Assembly (NCBI GenBank): GCA_963676565.1
Contig: OY781089.1
Location: forward strand, 896,001 to 960,000
Source: Halarcobacter sp.
Lineage (GTDB): Bacteria; Campylobacterota; Campylobacteria; Campylobacterales; Arcobacteraceae
DNA: 64,000 bases
Reading direction: 5' to 3'
The notes below the pieces were generated by a model. The model was not told the DNA's origin. It worked only from the letters and a program-made list of their open reading frames with translations, and made no database searches. Numbering within the stretch: the first letter of the stretch is position 1; each line of letters starts with the position of its first letter. Positions 1 through 9,303 of this stretch are shown piece after piece. A program made the position numbers and the translations under genes.

Positions 1-922
1 TTAAGTCCCATGCATGAGCATAATTTAAGTGAATAGAATATTGACCATCATCATATGGTACTGCAATAAATCCTAACATATCAACATCAGCATTTTTTGA
101 ATCATCTGTAGAATAAGCCGGACTAAACATATCAAATCTTGGAGTTGCATTTGTTAAACCTCTACCTCCACAGATTTTAAACCATGAACCAGTTGCACCT
201 GTAACTTTCTCTAAATCAAATTTTGCAGAAAATCCATCAAACTCTACATCAACTACATGTGATAGAGGAGAGTTTTCTTTTTGCATATTTCTCATATTAA
301 TTGGTAATCCATCAGTTGAAGGTCTTCTACCAACAGAAATAGTCCATGGGATTTGAGCTTCTCCAATAGTATCATCTTTATATAACCAATATGCTTCTTT
401 TACTTTCATAGTATTATCTGTAGCATTTTCATTAGTTACCCAATCAAAATCTGCATATCCAGGAGTTGTATTTGATTGTGAGTGATTTGCAGTGTCTCCA
501 AAAGCTTTGTTGTAAGATAACTTACCTTTAAATACTGTATTATCATTTGGAGCATATGCCGCACCTAACCATAATCTACTTGTAATTAATGCGTCATTTT
601 TTGCATCAGACATTCCATTTCTTTTATAATTTATATTATCAATTTGTGTTCTAAAGTCAATATCCCATTTAATATTGTCAGATGCACTTTGTTTTTTTGC
701 GCCAAGTGCAAGGTTTTTATTACTTTGAACTTGTTTTTCTAATTTTGTAAATCTTTCATCACTAACTGCTTTTTCAGTTTTGTCAAATTTACTTTCTAAT
801 ACGGCAATTTGAGCTTTAAGCATCTCAATTTGTTTTAGCATAGCTTCATTACTAACATCTGCAGCGAATGAAGTTGTTGATAATGCAGCTATTGCTGATA
901 GCACAACTATTGATTTTTTCAT
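1..922 (-). CDS. DUF3373-family outer-membrane (porin-like) protein, 3' end truncated by window edge
   Basis: Not in ORF track (no stop in window). Read manually: ATG at 922 preceded by AAGGAA; signal peptide MKKSIVVLSAIAALSTTSFAA, a coiled-coil stretch, then DNIKWDIDFRT..SRLWLG..KVKEAYW..SVGRRPSTDG motifs typical of DUF3373 proteins. Confidence 0.8.
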   Translation of the reverse strand, partial: MKKSIVVLSAIAALSTTSFAADVSNEAMLKQIEMLKAQIAVLESKFDKTEKAVSDERFTKLEKQVQSNKNLALGAKKQSASDNIKWDIDFRTQIDNINYKRNGMSDAKNDALITSRLWLGAAYAPNDNTVFKGKLSYNKAFGDTANHSQSNTTPGYADFDWVTNENATDNTMKVKEAYWLYKDDTIGEAQIPWTISVGRRPSTDGLPINMRNMQKENSPLSHVVDVEFDGFSAKFDLEKVTGATGSWFKICGGRGLTNATPRFDMFSPAYSTDDSKNADVDMLGFIAVPYDDGQYSIHLNYAHAWDL

Positions 923-954
923 CTTTTTTCCTTTGTGTTAAATAGTTTAAAAAG

Positions 955-1007
955 ATTATATAACATTTTATTTAAGTTAAATTTAAGTATAGATAATCAT
1001 TCATTAT
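955..1007 (-). promoter_or_regulatory. Putative promoter of DUF3373 gene: TATAAT -10, TTAAG direct repeats and ATAAT-N5-ATTAT dyad
   Basis: -10 at 955-960 (minus), TTAAG at 972 and 983, dyad at 993-1007; same layout recurs at 1496-1549. Confidence 0.5.
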
Positions 1008-1066
1008 GATAATTAAAACTTATACTTATAATACTTAATTATTTTATATAAAACTTTTTGTCAATC

Positions 1067-1100
1067 AAAAAAAGGAGAGCTAAAATAATCTCCTTTTTTT
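1067..1100 (-). terminator. Intrinsic terminator-like hairpin after 1137..1460
   Basis: AAAAAAAGGAGA...TCTCCTTTTTTT inverted repeat with A/T tails on both sides. Confidence 0.7.
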
Positions 1101-1136
1101 ATAATATTAATCTAATTAAGAGTTTTATTTATCAGA

Positions 1137-1460
1137 CTAACAAGATGGAACATTTCCTGAATCACTTGCATACTCAAATGAAAAATCATAAATATGTTGA
1201 ATCCATTTCTCTTTAACATCGTCAGCTTTTACATTTGGACAAATTTTAATCATCTCGTCAACAAATTTACCTTCATCCATAATTGCTTTCCACTCACCTT
1301 GAGTATGTTTAACTGCAAATTTAGCGCCATTGAAGCCACAAGGCTTTTTAAATTTTTTGATAAAAATCTTTTGACCCTTTACTGGGTCTGCTGATGCAAC
1401 AGTTGTTGCAACACCTAAAAATACTGTAGCTGCTAGAGCTAATTTAAGAAGTTGTTTCAT
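1137..1460 (-). CDS. Small secreted 'cytochrome c-like' protein lacking CxxCH (paralog 1)
   Basis: Signal peptide, KGQKIF..C..KHTQxEW..C..H..YASDSGNVPSC; no CxxCH; SD AAGGA upstream. Confidence 0.75.
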   Translation of the reverse strand: MKQLLKLALAATVFLGVATTVASADPVKGQKIFIKKFKKPCGFNGAKFAVKHTQGEWKAIMDEGKFVDEMIKICPNVKADDVKEKWIQHIYDFSFEYASDSGNVPSC

Positions 1461-1572
1461 AACTTTTCCTTTTAATTTTAATATAAGCTGATGTAATTAT
1501 ATAGTCTAAAAAATTAAGGTAAGATTAATTATGAATAAGTATTCATTATAATTCTTAAATTTTTGAAATAAA

Positions 1573-1603
1573 AAAAGGGAAGAAGTTAAACTTCTTCCCT
1601 TTT
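1573..1603 (-). terminator. Intrinsic terminator after 1627..1956
   Basis: AAAAGGGAAGAAGTT / AACTTCTTCCCTTTT perfect inverted repeat. Confidence 0.8.
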
Positions 1604-1626
1604 ATAAGTAAAATTTATATTAAATA

Positions 1627-1956
1627 TTAACAAGATGGAACATTTCCAGAGTCACTTGCATATTCAAATGAGAAATCATAAATATGTTTAATATATTTAT
1701 CTTCTAAGTATTTATTGTCTGGTTTTACATTTGGACAAATTTTCATAAGTTCATCTGCAAATTTTCCTTCATCCATAATTGCTTTCCACTCACCTTGAGT
1801 ATGTTTAACTGCAAATTTAGCACCATTGAAACCACAAGGTTTTTTGAATTTTTTAATAAAAATCTTTTGTCCTTTTACTGGATCTGCTGATGCAGTTGAA
1901 GCTGCAATACCTAAAAATACTGTAACTGCTAATGCTAGTTTAAGTAGGTTTTTCAT
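1627..1956 (-). CDS. Small secreted 'cytochrome c-like' protein lacking CxxCH (paralog 2)
   Basis: Near-identical to 1137..1460 over most of its length; SD GAGGAG; extended -10 TGCTATAAT at 1993-2001 (minus). Confidence 0.75.
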   Translation of the reverse strand: MKNLLKLALAVTVFLGIAASTASADPVKGQKIFIKKFKKPCGFNGAKFAVKHTQGEWKAIMDEGKFADELMKICPNVKPDNKYLEDKYIKHIYDFSFEYASDSGNVPSC

Positions 1957-2051
1957 TTAACTCTCTCCTCTTCTAATTATAATTTGGCTACAATTATAGC
2001 ACATGTTGATAAAAAACTGCTGTAATCTTAATAAGTAAAAGTGAATTTATT

Positions 2052-3380
2052 GTGAAATACTATCTATTAAAAGAAGTCATTAACTATTTAAAAGAAAATG
2101 CCCAAAATATAAAGCTTTGTAAGCGAATTGATAACAATACAATTATAATCGAGTTTAATAATAAAAATATTGTTTACTTTGATATGAGCAAGGGAAATAG
2201 TTTAATTTATAAAAGAAAAGAAGACCCAAAATCAAAAAAAGATTTCAATGCGCCATTTGATGTAGTTCTTCAAAAAAGGTTCAATAAAGCAAAAATTGAA
2301 GACATTGAGCTTTATAATGATGATAAAATTATAAATATAAAAGTTAGCTCTTCCTCTTCATATAAAAAGCTTACAACAATATTGCAATTAGAATTTACAG
2401 GAAAACATACAAATATTATAATACTTGATGAAAACAGAGTTATCTTGGAGGCATTAAGACATATTGATGAGTTTTCTTCAAGTAGAGTTGTTAAAGTTGG
2501 AATAAAACTTGATGAGATTCCAAAACAAGACTTTGTACCTAAAATTGAAAAAGTAGAAAATATAGAAGAGTATCTTTTTAACGTTTATGAACAAATTGAA
2601 CAAAAAAATATTCAAAATATAAAAAAACAAAAAATCACTCAAGTTGAGAAAAAATTAAAGAAACTTCAAAAAACTGTAAACTCTTTACCTAAAAAAGAAG
2701 ACTTAGAAAAAGAGTCAAATGAATTATATGAAAAAGCAAATTTAATTCTTTCTAATCTACACACAATTAAGCCTTATCAAAAAAGTTTTAAAACATATGA
2801 TTTTTCAGGAAATGAAGTTGAAGTAACATTAGATGAAAAATTTCAAGCTTCTACATATTCAAATGAGCTTTTTAAAAAGGCAAAAAGAGCAAAACATAAA
2901 GCAAATAATATAAAAATAGAAAAAGATAATTTAGAAGAAAAAATCGAATTTTTAAATAGACTTATTTTAAATTTACAAAATTCTAAATCTATTGATGAAA
3001 TGGAATTTTTATATCCTAAAAAACAGAAGAATCAAACAAAAACAAAAAAATCTCAAATGTATGAAAGCTTCTTTTTTGAAGGATATAAAATCATGTTGGG
3101 TACTAGTGAAAGGGAAAATATATATTTACTAAAAAATAGTAAGGCAAGTGATTTTTGGTTTCATCTAAAAGATAGACCATCTTCCCATGTAATTGTTCAA
3201 AACTCTAAAAAAACAATTCCTGAATCTGTGATTGAAAAAGCAGCAATTATATGTGCACAATTTTCAACAGACCATAGTGGAACATACGAAGTTGACTACA
3301 CACAAAGAAGAAATGTAAAAATACAAAATGGTGCAAATGTTCTATATAACCCTTATACAACTATAGTAATAAAAACTTAA
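2052..3380 (+). CDS. rqcH: NFACT/FbpA-family ribosome quality control protein (RqcH/Rqc2-like)
   Basis: LQLEFTGKHTNIII N-terminal motif, central coiled coil, C-terminal NFACT-R (EN..L..DFWFH..PSSHVI..VDYT.RRNVK). Confidence 0.85.
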   Translation: MKYYLLKEVINYLKENAQNIKLCKRIDNNTIIIEFNNKNIVYFDMSKGNSLIYKRKEDPKSKKDFNAPFDVVLQKRFNKAKIEDIELYNDDKIINIKVSSSSSYKKLTTILQLEFTGKHTNIIILDENRVILEALRHIDEFSSSRVVKVGIKLDEIPKQDFVPKIEKVENIEEYLFNVYEQIEQKNIQNIKKQKITQVEKKLKKLQKTVNSLPKKEDLEKESNELYEKANLILSNLHTIKPYQKSFKTYDFSGNEVEVTLDEKFQASTYSNELFKKAKRAKHKANNIKIEKDNLEEKIEFLNRLILNLQNSKSIDEMEFLYPKKQKNQTKTKKSQMYESFFFEGYKIMLGTSERENIYLLKNSKASDFWFHLKDRPSSHVIVQNSKKTIPESVIEKAAIICAQFSTDHSGTYEVDYTQRRNVKIQNGANVLYNPYTTIVIKT

Positions 3381-3426
3381 GACAAGGCAAACTTTAGTAT
3401 AATCAAGCTTTATTCTAATAATTAGG

Positions 3427-4191
3427 TTGAATATGACAGAGATAATAAAATCAAGTGGTACTAGGATCAAAACAGGTGTAATTCTAATTTTAGCAGTATT
3501 ATTAATTGGGTATATTGACTCATTTTTTATTATGTGGCTTTTATTTGGAGGACTTCTTGTAATTTCAATAAGTGAATCAAAAAAGCTTTATAAAACACAG
3601 ATTGACTTTGTTTATTTATATAGTGGTGTTTTGTGGTTTTTAGCATATTTTTATCCAAATCCTGAGGATTTGATATTTGTATTAGCTATTGTTTATGCTT
3701 CAGTTTTAGCTTATAAAAAAAGTATTGACACAAAAGCATTTTTGATTCTTTTATATCCAACAGCTTCTTTTCTTTTTCTATTTTCACTTTATATTGAATA
3801 TGGTGTTATGTCTTTATTATGGTTACTTGTAATTGTTGCAGGTGCTGATATTGGAGCATATTTTGTTGGTAGAGGTATGGGAAAAACAAAGTTTTGTGAA
3901 ACAAGCCCAAATAAAACTATCGAAGGTGTAATTGGTGGTTTACTTGTTGCAACTATTTTAGGAACTATTTTCTCAATTGATAATTTATCAACTTTTGGAG
4001 CAATAGTAATCTCTCTTATTGTAGCCTTAGCTTCAGTATTTGGAGATTTATTTGAAAGCTATTTAAAAAGAGAAGCAGGGGTAAAAGATAGTGGAAATAT
4101 TTTACCTGGTCATGGTGGAATTTTAGATAGAACAGATGGTTACCTTTTTGGTGGAGTGATTATGTTAGTTCTTTTACGAGCAATAATGTGA
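3427..4191 (+). CDS. cdsA: Phosphatidate cytidylyltransferase
   Basis: D.GAYFVG, SPNKTIEG, GDLFESYLKR.AGVKDSG.ILPGHGGILDR.D motifs; upstream of dxr. Confidence 0.95.
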   Translation: MNMTEIIKSSGTRIKTGVILILAVLLIGYIDSFFIMWLLFGGLLVISISESKKLYKTQIDFVYLYSGVLWFLAYFYPNPEDLIFVLAIVYASVLAYKKSIDTKAFLILLYPTASFLFLFSLYIEYGVMSLLWLLVIVAGADIGAYFVGRGMGKTKFCETSPNKTIEGVIGGLLVATILGTIFSIDNLSTFGAIVISLIVALASVFGDLFESYLKREAGVKDSGNILPGHGGILDRTDGYLFGGVIMLVLLRAIM

Positions 4192-5255
4192 TAGTTTTAG
4201 GAAGTACAGGTTCTATTGGGGTAAACACCCTAAATATTGCAAGAAGATTTAATCTTAATATTGAAGTATTAGTGGCTGGTAGAAATATTGAAGTTTTAAA
4301 TAAACAAATTGCTGAATTTAAACCTAAAAAAGTAGTTATTGCAAATAAAGAAGATATTTCTAAAGTAAATCATAAAAATGTATCTTTTGGTGAAGATGCA
4401 ATTTTAGAAGCAATTGAACAAAGTGAAGCTAAAACTGTTGTAAATTCACTTGTTGGTTTTTTAGGACTAAAACCAACTTTAAAAGCGATTGAATGTGGTA
4501 AAAAAATTGCCCTTGCAAATAAAGAATCACTTGTTGTTGCTGGAAAATTTATAGACCAAACAAAACTTAGTCCAATAGATAGTGAACACTTTGGTTTATG
4601 GTATTTATTACAAGATAAAAAAATTGATTCCATGACAATAACTGCAAGTGGAGGTTCTTTTAGAGATTATCCCTTGGATGAACTTAAAAATGTATCAATA
4701 AAAGAAGCCCTAAATCACCCTAATTGGTCAATGGGAAATAAAATCACAATTGATAGTGCAACAATGACAAACAAGATGTTTGAATTACTAGAAGCTGCTT
4801 GGTTATTTGATATAAGTAAATTAGATGCAATAATAGAAACAAAATCGTTAATTCATGCAATGGTAAACTTTACCGATGGAAGTACAACAGCACATATTGC
4901 AAATGCTTCTATGCAACTTCCAATTGCTTATGCAATTTTAGGAAAGTGTGATGAAGAGATTTTAAAACCTGTAAATTTACTTGAAGTTGGAAGTTTAGAA
5001 TTTAAACAAATTGAAACCTCTAGGTATCCAATTTGGGAAGTAAAAGATGAGATTTTAAATAATCCAGATTTAGGAGTTGTGTTAAATGCTGCAAATGAAG
5101 TTAGTGTTTATAAATTCTTAAAAGGTGAAATAGGGTTTTTAGATATTTCAAAAACAACATTAAATGCATTAAATAAATTTAATAGTGTAAAACCTCAAAA
5201 TATTGATGATATTTTCGAAATAGATAAGCAAGTTAGGAGTTTTTGTGACTCTTGA
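4188..5255 (+). CDS. dxr: 1-deoxy-D-xylulose-5-phosphate reductoisomerase
   Basis: LGSTGSIG, LANKESLV, PIDSEH, TASGG, HPNWSMGNKITIDSA, LNAANE motifs. Confidence 0.97.
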   Translation: MIVLGSTGSIGVNTLNIARRFNLNIEVLVAGRNIEVLNKQIAEFKPKKVVIANKEDISKVNHKNVSFGEDAILEAIEQSEAKTVVNSLVGFLGLKPTLKAIECGKKIALANKESLVVAGKFIDQTKLSPIDSEHFGLWYLLQDKKIDSMTITASGGSFRDYPLDELKNVSIKEALNHPNWSMGNKITIDSATMTNKMFELLEAAWLFDISKLDAIIETKSLIHAMVNFTDGSTTAHIANASMQLPIAYAILGKCDEEILKPVNLLEVGSLEFKQIETSRYPIWEVKDEILNNPDLGVVLNAANEVSVYKFLKGEIGFLDISKTTLNALNKFNSVKPQNIDDIFEIDKQVRSFCDS

Positions 5256-5523
5256 TTTATTGATCCCCTTTGGAATATTACTAGTTTTAGTGATTTATTT
5301 AATTTATTCAAGAACAAAGTTTGAAAAAAATGTTGTTGATGTTTATGAAAAAAAATTTGAAGAGTGGAAACAGCACGATAGTTCAAATGAAAAGAAAACA
5401 AAACTATGTAAAGAGCTTGTTGGATTAATTTATAAAGAAGAGTATAATATTACATTGGAACTTCTTGATGAAAGTGTAAAATCACAAATTCAAAGAGGAA
5501 AGTTTACTTTAAAGGATAAATGA
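5245..5523 (+). CDS. Hypothetical protein with N-terminal membrane anchor
   Basis: GTG start with AGGAG SD, single hydrophobic helix, overlaps neighbours in operon fashion. Confidence 0.7.
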   Translation: MTLDLLIPFGILLVLVIYLIYSRTKFEKNVVDVYEKKFEEWKQHDSSNEKKTKLCKELVGLIYKEEYNITLELLDESVKSQIQRGKFTLKDK

Positions 5524-5954
5524 TGAAATATTTATTCTTGGTCTTACTCTTAATTAGTTTTAGTTTTTCTAACGATTTTAGAAGAGATGGCACAAGAAAA
5601 GTTGTAGTTGATTCAACTGCAAAATTAATGTGGATAGATAACTTTTCAAATGTAAAGAATAGATTAAATCACAGTGATGCAACTGATTATTGTGAAAGTT
5701 TATCTTATGCTGGGTATGACAATTGGAGATTACCTACAATAGAAGAGTTTGAACTTATTGTAGATAAGACAAATGAAAGAAGTTATATAAATAGGGCATT
5801 TAAATTTAATATGCCTGTAGGATATTGGGCGAGTAAAGCCCATTGGCGTACATTTTGGTTCTATGCTGATTATATGTTTTTTGTAAGTGGAACGCCATAT
5901 TATGACAGTCGTCATAAAAAGAAATTTGTAAGATGTGTAAGGGATATTAATTAA
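5520..5954 (+). CDS. DUF1566 (Lcl C-terminal) domain secreted protein
   Basis: V.D..T.LMW, A..YC..L..AGY.NWRLPT.EE, YW.S, VRCVR. Confidence 0.85.
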   Translation: MMKYLFLVLLLISFSFSNDFRRDGTRKVVVDSTAKLMWIDNFSNVKNRLNHSDATDYCESLSYAGYDNWRLPTIEEFELIVDKTNERSYINRAFKFNMPVGYWASKAHWRTFWFYADYMFFVSGTPYYDSRHKKKFVRCVRDIN

Positions 5955-6508
5955 TGAAAGAGAAAAGAGTTTTAATACTTCATGGTTTAGGTGGGAGTGA
6001 TTTTCCCCATTGGCAAGCAAATTTAGCAAGGGATTTAATAGAACAAAATACACCAGTATCATTTCCTACTTTGCCAAATAGAGACAATCCAAACCTAGAA
6101 GAGTGGAAAGAGTTTTTAAAAAAAGAGATTGAACATTTTAAACCAACTGTTGTTGTTTGCCACTCTTTGGCAAATCTTTTATGGTTTCATACTTGTGAAG
6201 AGTTGGATATAAAATTAGATAAGTTAATGTTAGTTGCACCAGTTAGAGATAAGGTTTTAGAGGCTGCTCCAACATTTTTTCCTTATCCCCTAAGTGAAGA
6301 TTTAAAATCAGAAGAAATTATTATGGCAACTTCAACAAATGATCCATATATTACAGTTGAAGAGGCTATTAGATTAAGTAGTAAAATAAAAGTTGGAATG
6401 AAAATACTTGAAGATGCAGGACATATAAATGCTGATTCTGGATATGGAAAACTTGATTGTGCGTTAGAGTGGATAAATAGAGTTGAAGAGTGTGAGGAAA
6501 GTAAGTAG
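5954..6508 (+). CDS. RBBP9/YdeN-family alpha/beta hydrolase
   Basis: ILHGLGGS..PHWQ, HSL nucleophile elbow, NDPY, AGHIN. Confidence 0.9.
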   Translation: MKEKRVLILHGLGGSDFPHWQANLARDLIEQNTPVSFPTLPNRDNPNLEEWKEFLKKEIEHFKPTVVVCHSLANLLWFHTCEELDIKLDKLMLVAPVRDKVLEAAPTFFPYPLSEDLKSEEIIMATSTNDPYITVEEAIRLSSKIKVGMKILEDAGHINADSGYGKLDCALEWINRVEECEESK

Positions 6509-7507
6509 ATGATTTTATCTATTGAAAGTTCATGTGATGATAGTTCAATAGCAATCACTGAAATTGAATCAAAAAAATTAATTTATCACAAAAAAATATC
6601 TCAAGAATTACAACATAGTGTTTATGGTGGAGTTGTTCCAGAACTTGCTGCAAGACTTCATGTTGAAGCACTCCCAAAAATACTTGAAGAGTGCAAAGAG
6701 TATTTCCCTAAACTAAAAGCAATAGCTGTAACAAATGCTCCAGGACTTTCAGTAACACTTATGGAAGGGGTAACTATGGCAAAGGCTTTAAGTCTTAGTT
6801 TAAATCTCCCATTAATTGCTGTAAATCATTTAAAAGGGCATATCTATTCACTATTTATTGAAAAAGAAGAAGTTTTCCCAACAACTATTCTTTTAGTTTC
6901 AGGTGGGCACACTCAAATAATTGAGGCAAATGGATTAAATGATATGAAATTAGTAGCTTCAACACTTGATGATAGTTTTGGAGAGAGTTTCGATAAAGTA
7001 GCAAAAATGATGAAGCTAGGTTATCCTGGTGGTCCAATTGTTCAAGAAAAAGGTTTAAAAGGGGATGAAAATAGATTTGATTTTCCAGTTCCTTTAAGAC
7101 AAAGTCCAAATATTGAATTTAGTTATAGTGGGCTTAAAAATGCAGTTAGGATGCAAATAGAAAAACTTGAAAATGAAGGAAGTTTGACGGAACAAGATAT
7201 CTGTGATATTTGTGCTTCCTTTGAAAAAACTGCAGTTGCTCATATTATGCAAAAAATGAAAAAGTATTTTAAAACTAAAAAACCAAGAAATTTGGCAATT
7301 GTAGGTGGGGCAAGTGCAAATATAAGACTTCGTACCGCAATTGAAGAGTTATGTTCAAAAAACAATACAAAACTATTTTTAAGTCAGTTGAAATACTGTT
7401 CTGATAATGCAGCTATGATTGGACGTGTGGCAATGGAACAATATAAAATAGGTGAGTTTACAACTATTGAAGATATTGATGTTCAAACAAGATTGAAAGG
7501 ATTTTAA
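6509..7507 (+). CDS. tsaD: tRNA N6-adenosine threonylcarbamoyltransferase
   Basis: [45 protein letters not shown]. Confidence 0.97.
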   Translation: MILSIESSCDDSSIAITEIESKKLIYHKKISQELQHSVYGGVVPELAARLHVEALPKILEECKEYFPKLKAIAVTNAPGLSVTLMEGVTMAKALSLSLNLPLIAVNHLKGHIYSLFIEKEEVFPTTILLVSGGHTQIIEANGLNDMKLVASTLDDSFGESFDKVAKMMKLGYPGGPIVQEKGLKGDENRFDFPVPLRQSPNIEFSYSGLKNAVRMQIEKLENEGSLTEQDICDICASFEKTAVAHIMQKMKKYFKTKKPRNLAIVGGASANIRLRTAIEELCSKNNTKLFLSQLKYCSDNAAMIGRVAMEQYKIGEFTTIEDIDVQTRLKGF

Positions 7508-7857
7508 TGATGGGTTTAGCAGACTTATTAGCTCAAAATATGGGTGCTTCTTTAGATGGAGATAAACATGAAACAAAAAAAGAGGATAAGAAAAACCCAA
7601 AAAAATCTTCAAATGAAATTATTCCTAAAAATCAACACCAATTAGTTTTTACCTTTGAAAAAAGAAAAGGGAAACCTGTTACTTTAGTTGGAAGATTTAA
7701 TATTCCTGAAAATGAGAAAAAAGAAGTTTTAAAGCTTTTAAAGAAGAAACTTGCCTGTGGTGGTAGTATCAATGGTGAGTGGATTGAACTTCAAGGGAAT
7801 TTAAAAGAAAAAATAAAACTCGTTTTAGAAAAAGATAATTGGAAGTTTAAGAAGTAA
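7507..7857 (+). CDS. yciH: SUI1/YciH-family translation initiation factor
   Basis: EKRKGKPVTLV..LKKKLACGGS..IELQG. Confidence 0.85.
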   Translation: MMGLADLLAQNMGASLDGDKHETKKEDKKNPKKSSNEIIPKNQHQLVFTFEKRKGKPVTLVGRFNIPENEKKEVLKLLKKKLACGGSINGEWIELQGNLKEKIKLVLEKDNWKFKK

Positions 7858-7988
7858 TATAACTTTAGCTTATGCCTAATATAATAAAAGATTAATATAA
7901 AAGTAAATATAATCTTACTATTAATAATTGATATGCAAAATTAATCATTAGTTAAGGAGCAAAATCTGCTCTATTTTAAGGATTAAAA

Positions 7989-8351
7989 ATGAGACTAGTA
8001 TTCCCTACTAATGAAAACATGGGTTATTTAAGTAAAAGAGGTGCACACTTCGGTAAAGCAAAATTTTATACAGTTATTACATTGGATAATGAAAAAATAT
8101 CTGATGTTGAGGTTATAGAAAATGCAGGTCATGATGGTGCTTGTTCTGGTGCTGTAACAAATATAATGGCATTAAATCCAGATGCTCTTGTAGTAAGTGG
8201 AATTGGAGCAAATCCTGCTAGAGGTTTCCATGAAGCTGGACTTGATGTATACTTTGACAAAGAGAGTAAAAAAGTTCAAGACTCGATTCAAATGTTTATT
8301 GAAGGTAAGTTAATTAAACTTCAAGATCAAGGTACGTGCACAGCACATTAA
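7989..8351 (+). CDS. NifB/NifX (FeMo-cofactor-binding-like) family protein
   Basis: HFGKA..Y motif, EN..H..C, GIG..P..AG; C-terminal CTAH. Confidence 0.8.
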   Translation: MRLVFPTNENMGYLSKRGAHFGKAKFYTVITLDNEKISDVEVIENAGHDGACSGAVTNIMALNPDALVVSGIGANPARGFHEAGLDVYFDKESKKVQDSIQMFIEGKLIKLQDQGTCTAH

Positions 8352-8357
8352 TCTTTT

Positions 8358-8789
8358 ATGAAAGATAAAAAAAGTATAAAAGAAGCATTTTATAAAGCCC
8401 TTAATGGTTTTACTTCTATGCTTCCTATACTTTTTGCTATTATTTTACTACTTGGTATTTTTGATACCTATATCACAAATGAAATACTCATTTCACTATT
8501 TACATCAAATAAATTCTTTGACACTATTATTGGTACAAGTATGGGAGCAGTTTTAACTGGAAATCCTATGGTTAGTTATATTTTAGGTGGTGAATTAACT
8601 ACTGCTGGCGTATCATTGTTTGCTGTGACTGCATTTATTTTATCATGGGTTTCTTTGGGAATTGTTCAATTACCTGCTGAGGTGGAAATCTTTGGTGTAA
8701 GATTTACTTTTTTAAGAACCTTACTAACATTTATATTTATAGTTCTTATCTCTTTTGCAACTGTTTTAACTTTGAATTGGATTGTCTAA
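8358..8789 (+). CDS. Predicted permease subunit (DUF318/ArsP-like)
   Basis: Hydrophobic; G.VLTGNP.VSY.LGGEL..GVS..AV.AFI.SWV..G.VQLPAE...G.RF...R. Confidence 0.7.
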   Translation: MKDKKSIKEAFYKALNGFTSMLPILFAIILLLGIFDTYITNEILISLFTSNKFFDTIIGTSMGAVLTGNPMVSYILGGELTTAGVSLFAVTAFILSWVSLGIVQLPAEVEIFGVRFTFLRTLLTFIFIVLISFATVLTLNWIV

Positions 8790-9295
8790 TGAAACAAAAG
8801 GGGATAGAGTTTAAAGGGATTAAATTTCTTTTTTTTGTTATAATCATTCATATATTTATATTTTTGTATGATAAAACTAGTAGTAGTTTAGCTCTTACAA
8901 AAAGCTTTGAGGTATTATTAAAGTTATTACCTATTTTTGTTGTAATTATATTAATGACAACTTTAATAAACTATTTTCTAAAGCCAAAATCGATTATGAA
9001 GCATTTTGGTAAAGATAGTGGAATAAAAGGGTGGATATATGCAACATTAGGTGGAGTTATTAGTCACGGTCCTATGTATGCTTGGTATCCAATGATAAGT
9101 GAATTAAGACAAAATGGATTAAAAGATGGGCTTTTAGCAACTTTTATGTTTACGAGGGCTATTAAAATCCCATTTATCCCTATTATAATAGATTACTTTG
9201 GTGTATTATTTTGTGTGATTTTTTTGACAAATATTTTAATTGCAGGGATATTACAAGGACTAATCTTTGAGGCTTTAAATAAAAAAAGAAATTAG
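8789..9295 (+). CDS. Predicted permease subunit (DUF318/ArsP-like)
   Basis: TAATG coupling to previous gene (start moved from 8777); I.KHFG..SG.KGW, SHGP.Y.WYP, AIKIP. Confidence 0.7.
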   Translation: MKQKGIEFKGIKFLFFVIIIHIFIFLYDKTSSSLALTKSFEVLLKLLPIFVVIILMTTLINYFLKPKSIMKHFGKDSGIKGWIYATLGGVISHGPMYAWYPMISELRQNGLKDGLLATFMFTRAIKIPFIPIIIDYFGVLFCVIFLTNILIAGILQGLIFEALNKKRN

Positions 9296-9303
9296 GATTT
9301 TCT

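Noticed and set aside
991..1012. Fur box upstream of the DUF3373 gene
   Set aside because: GATAATCATTCATTATG resembles the 19-bp Fur consensus but the half-site spacing is off; treated only as an unassigned dyad
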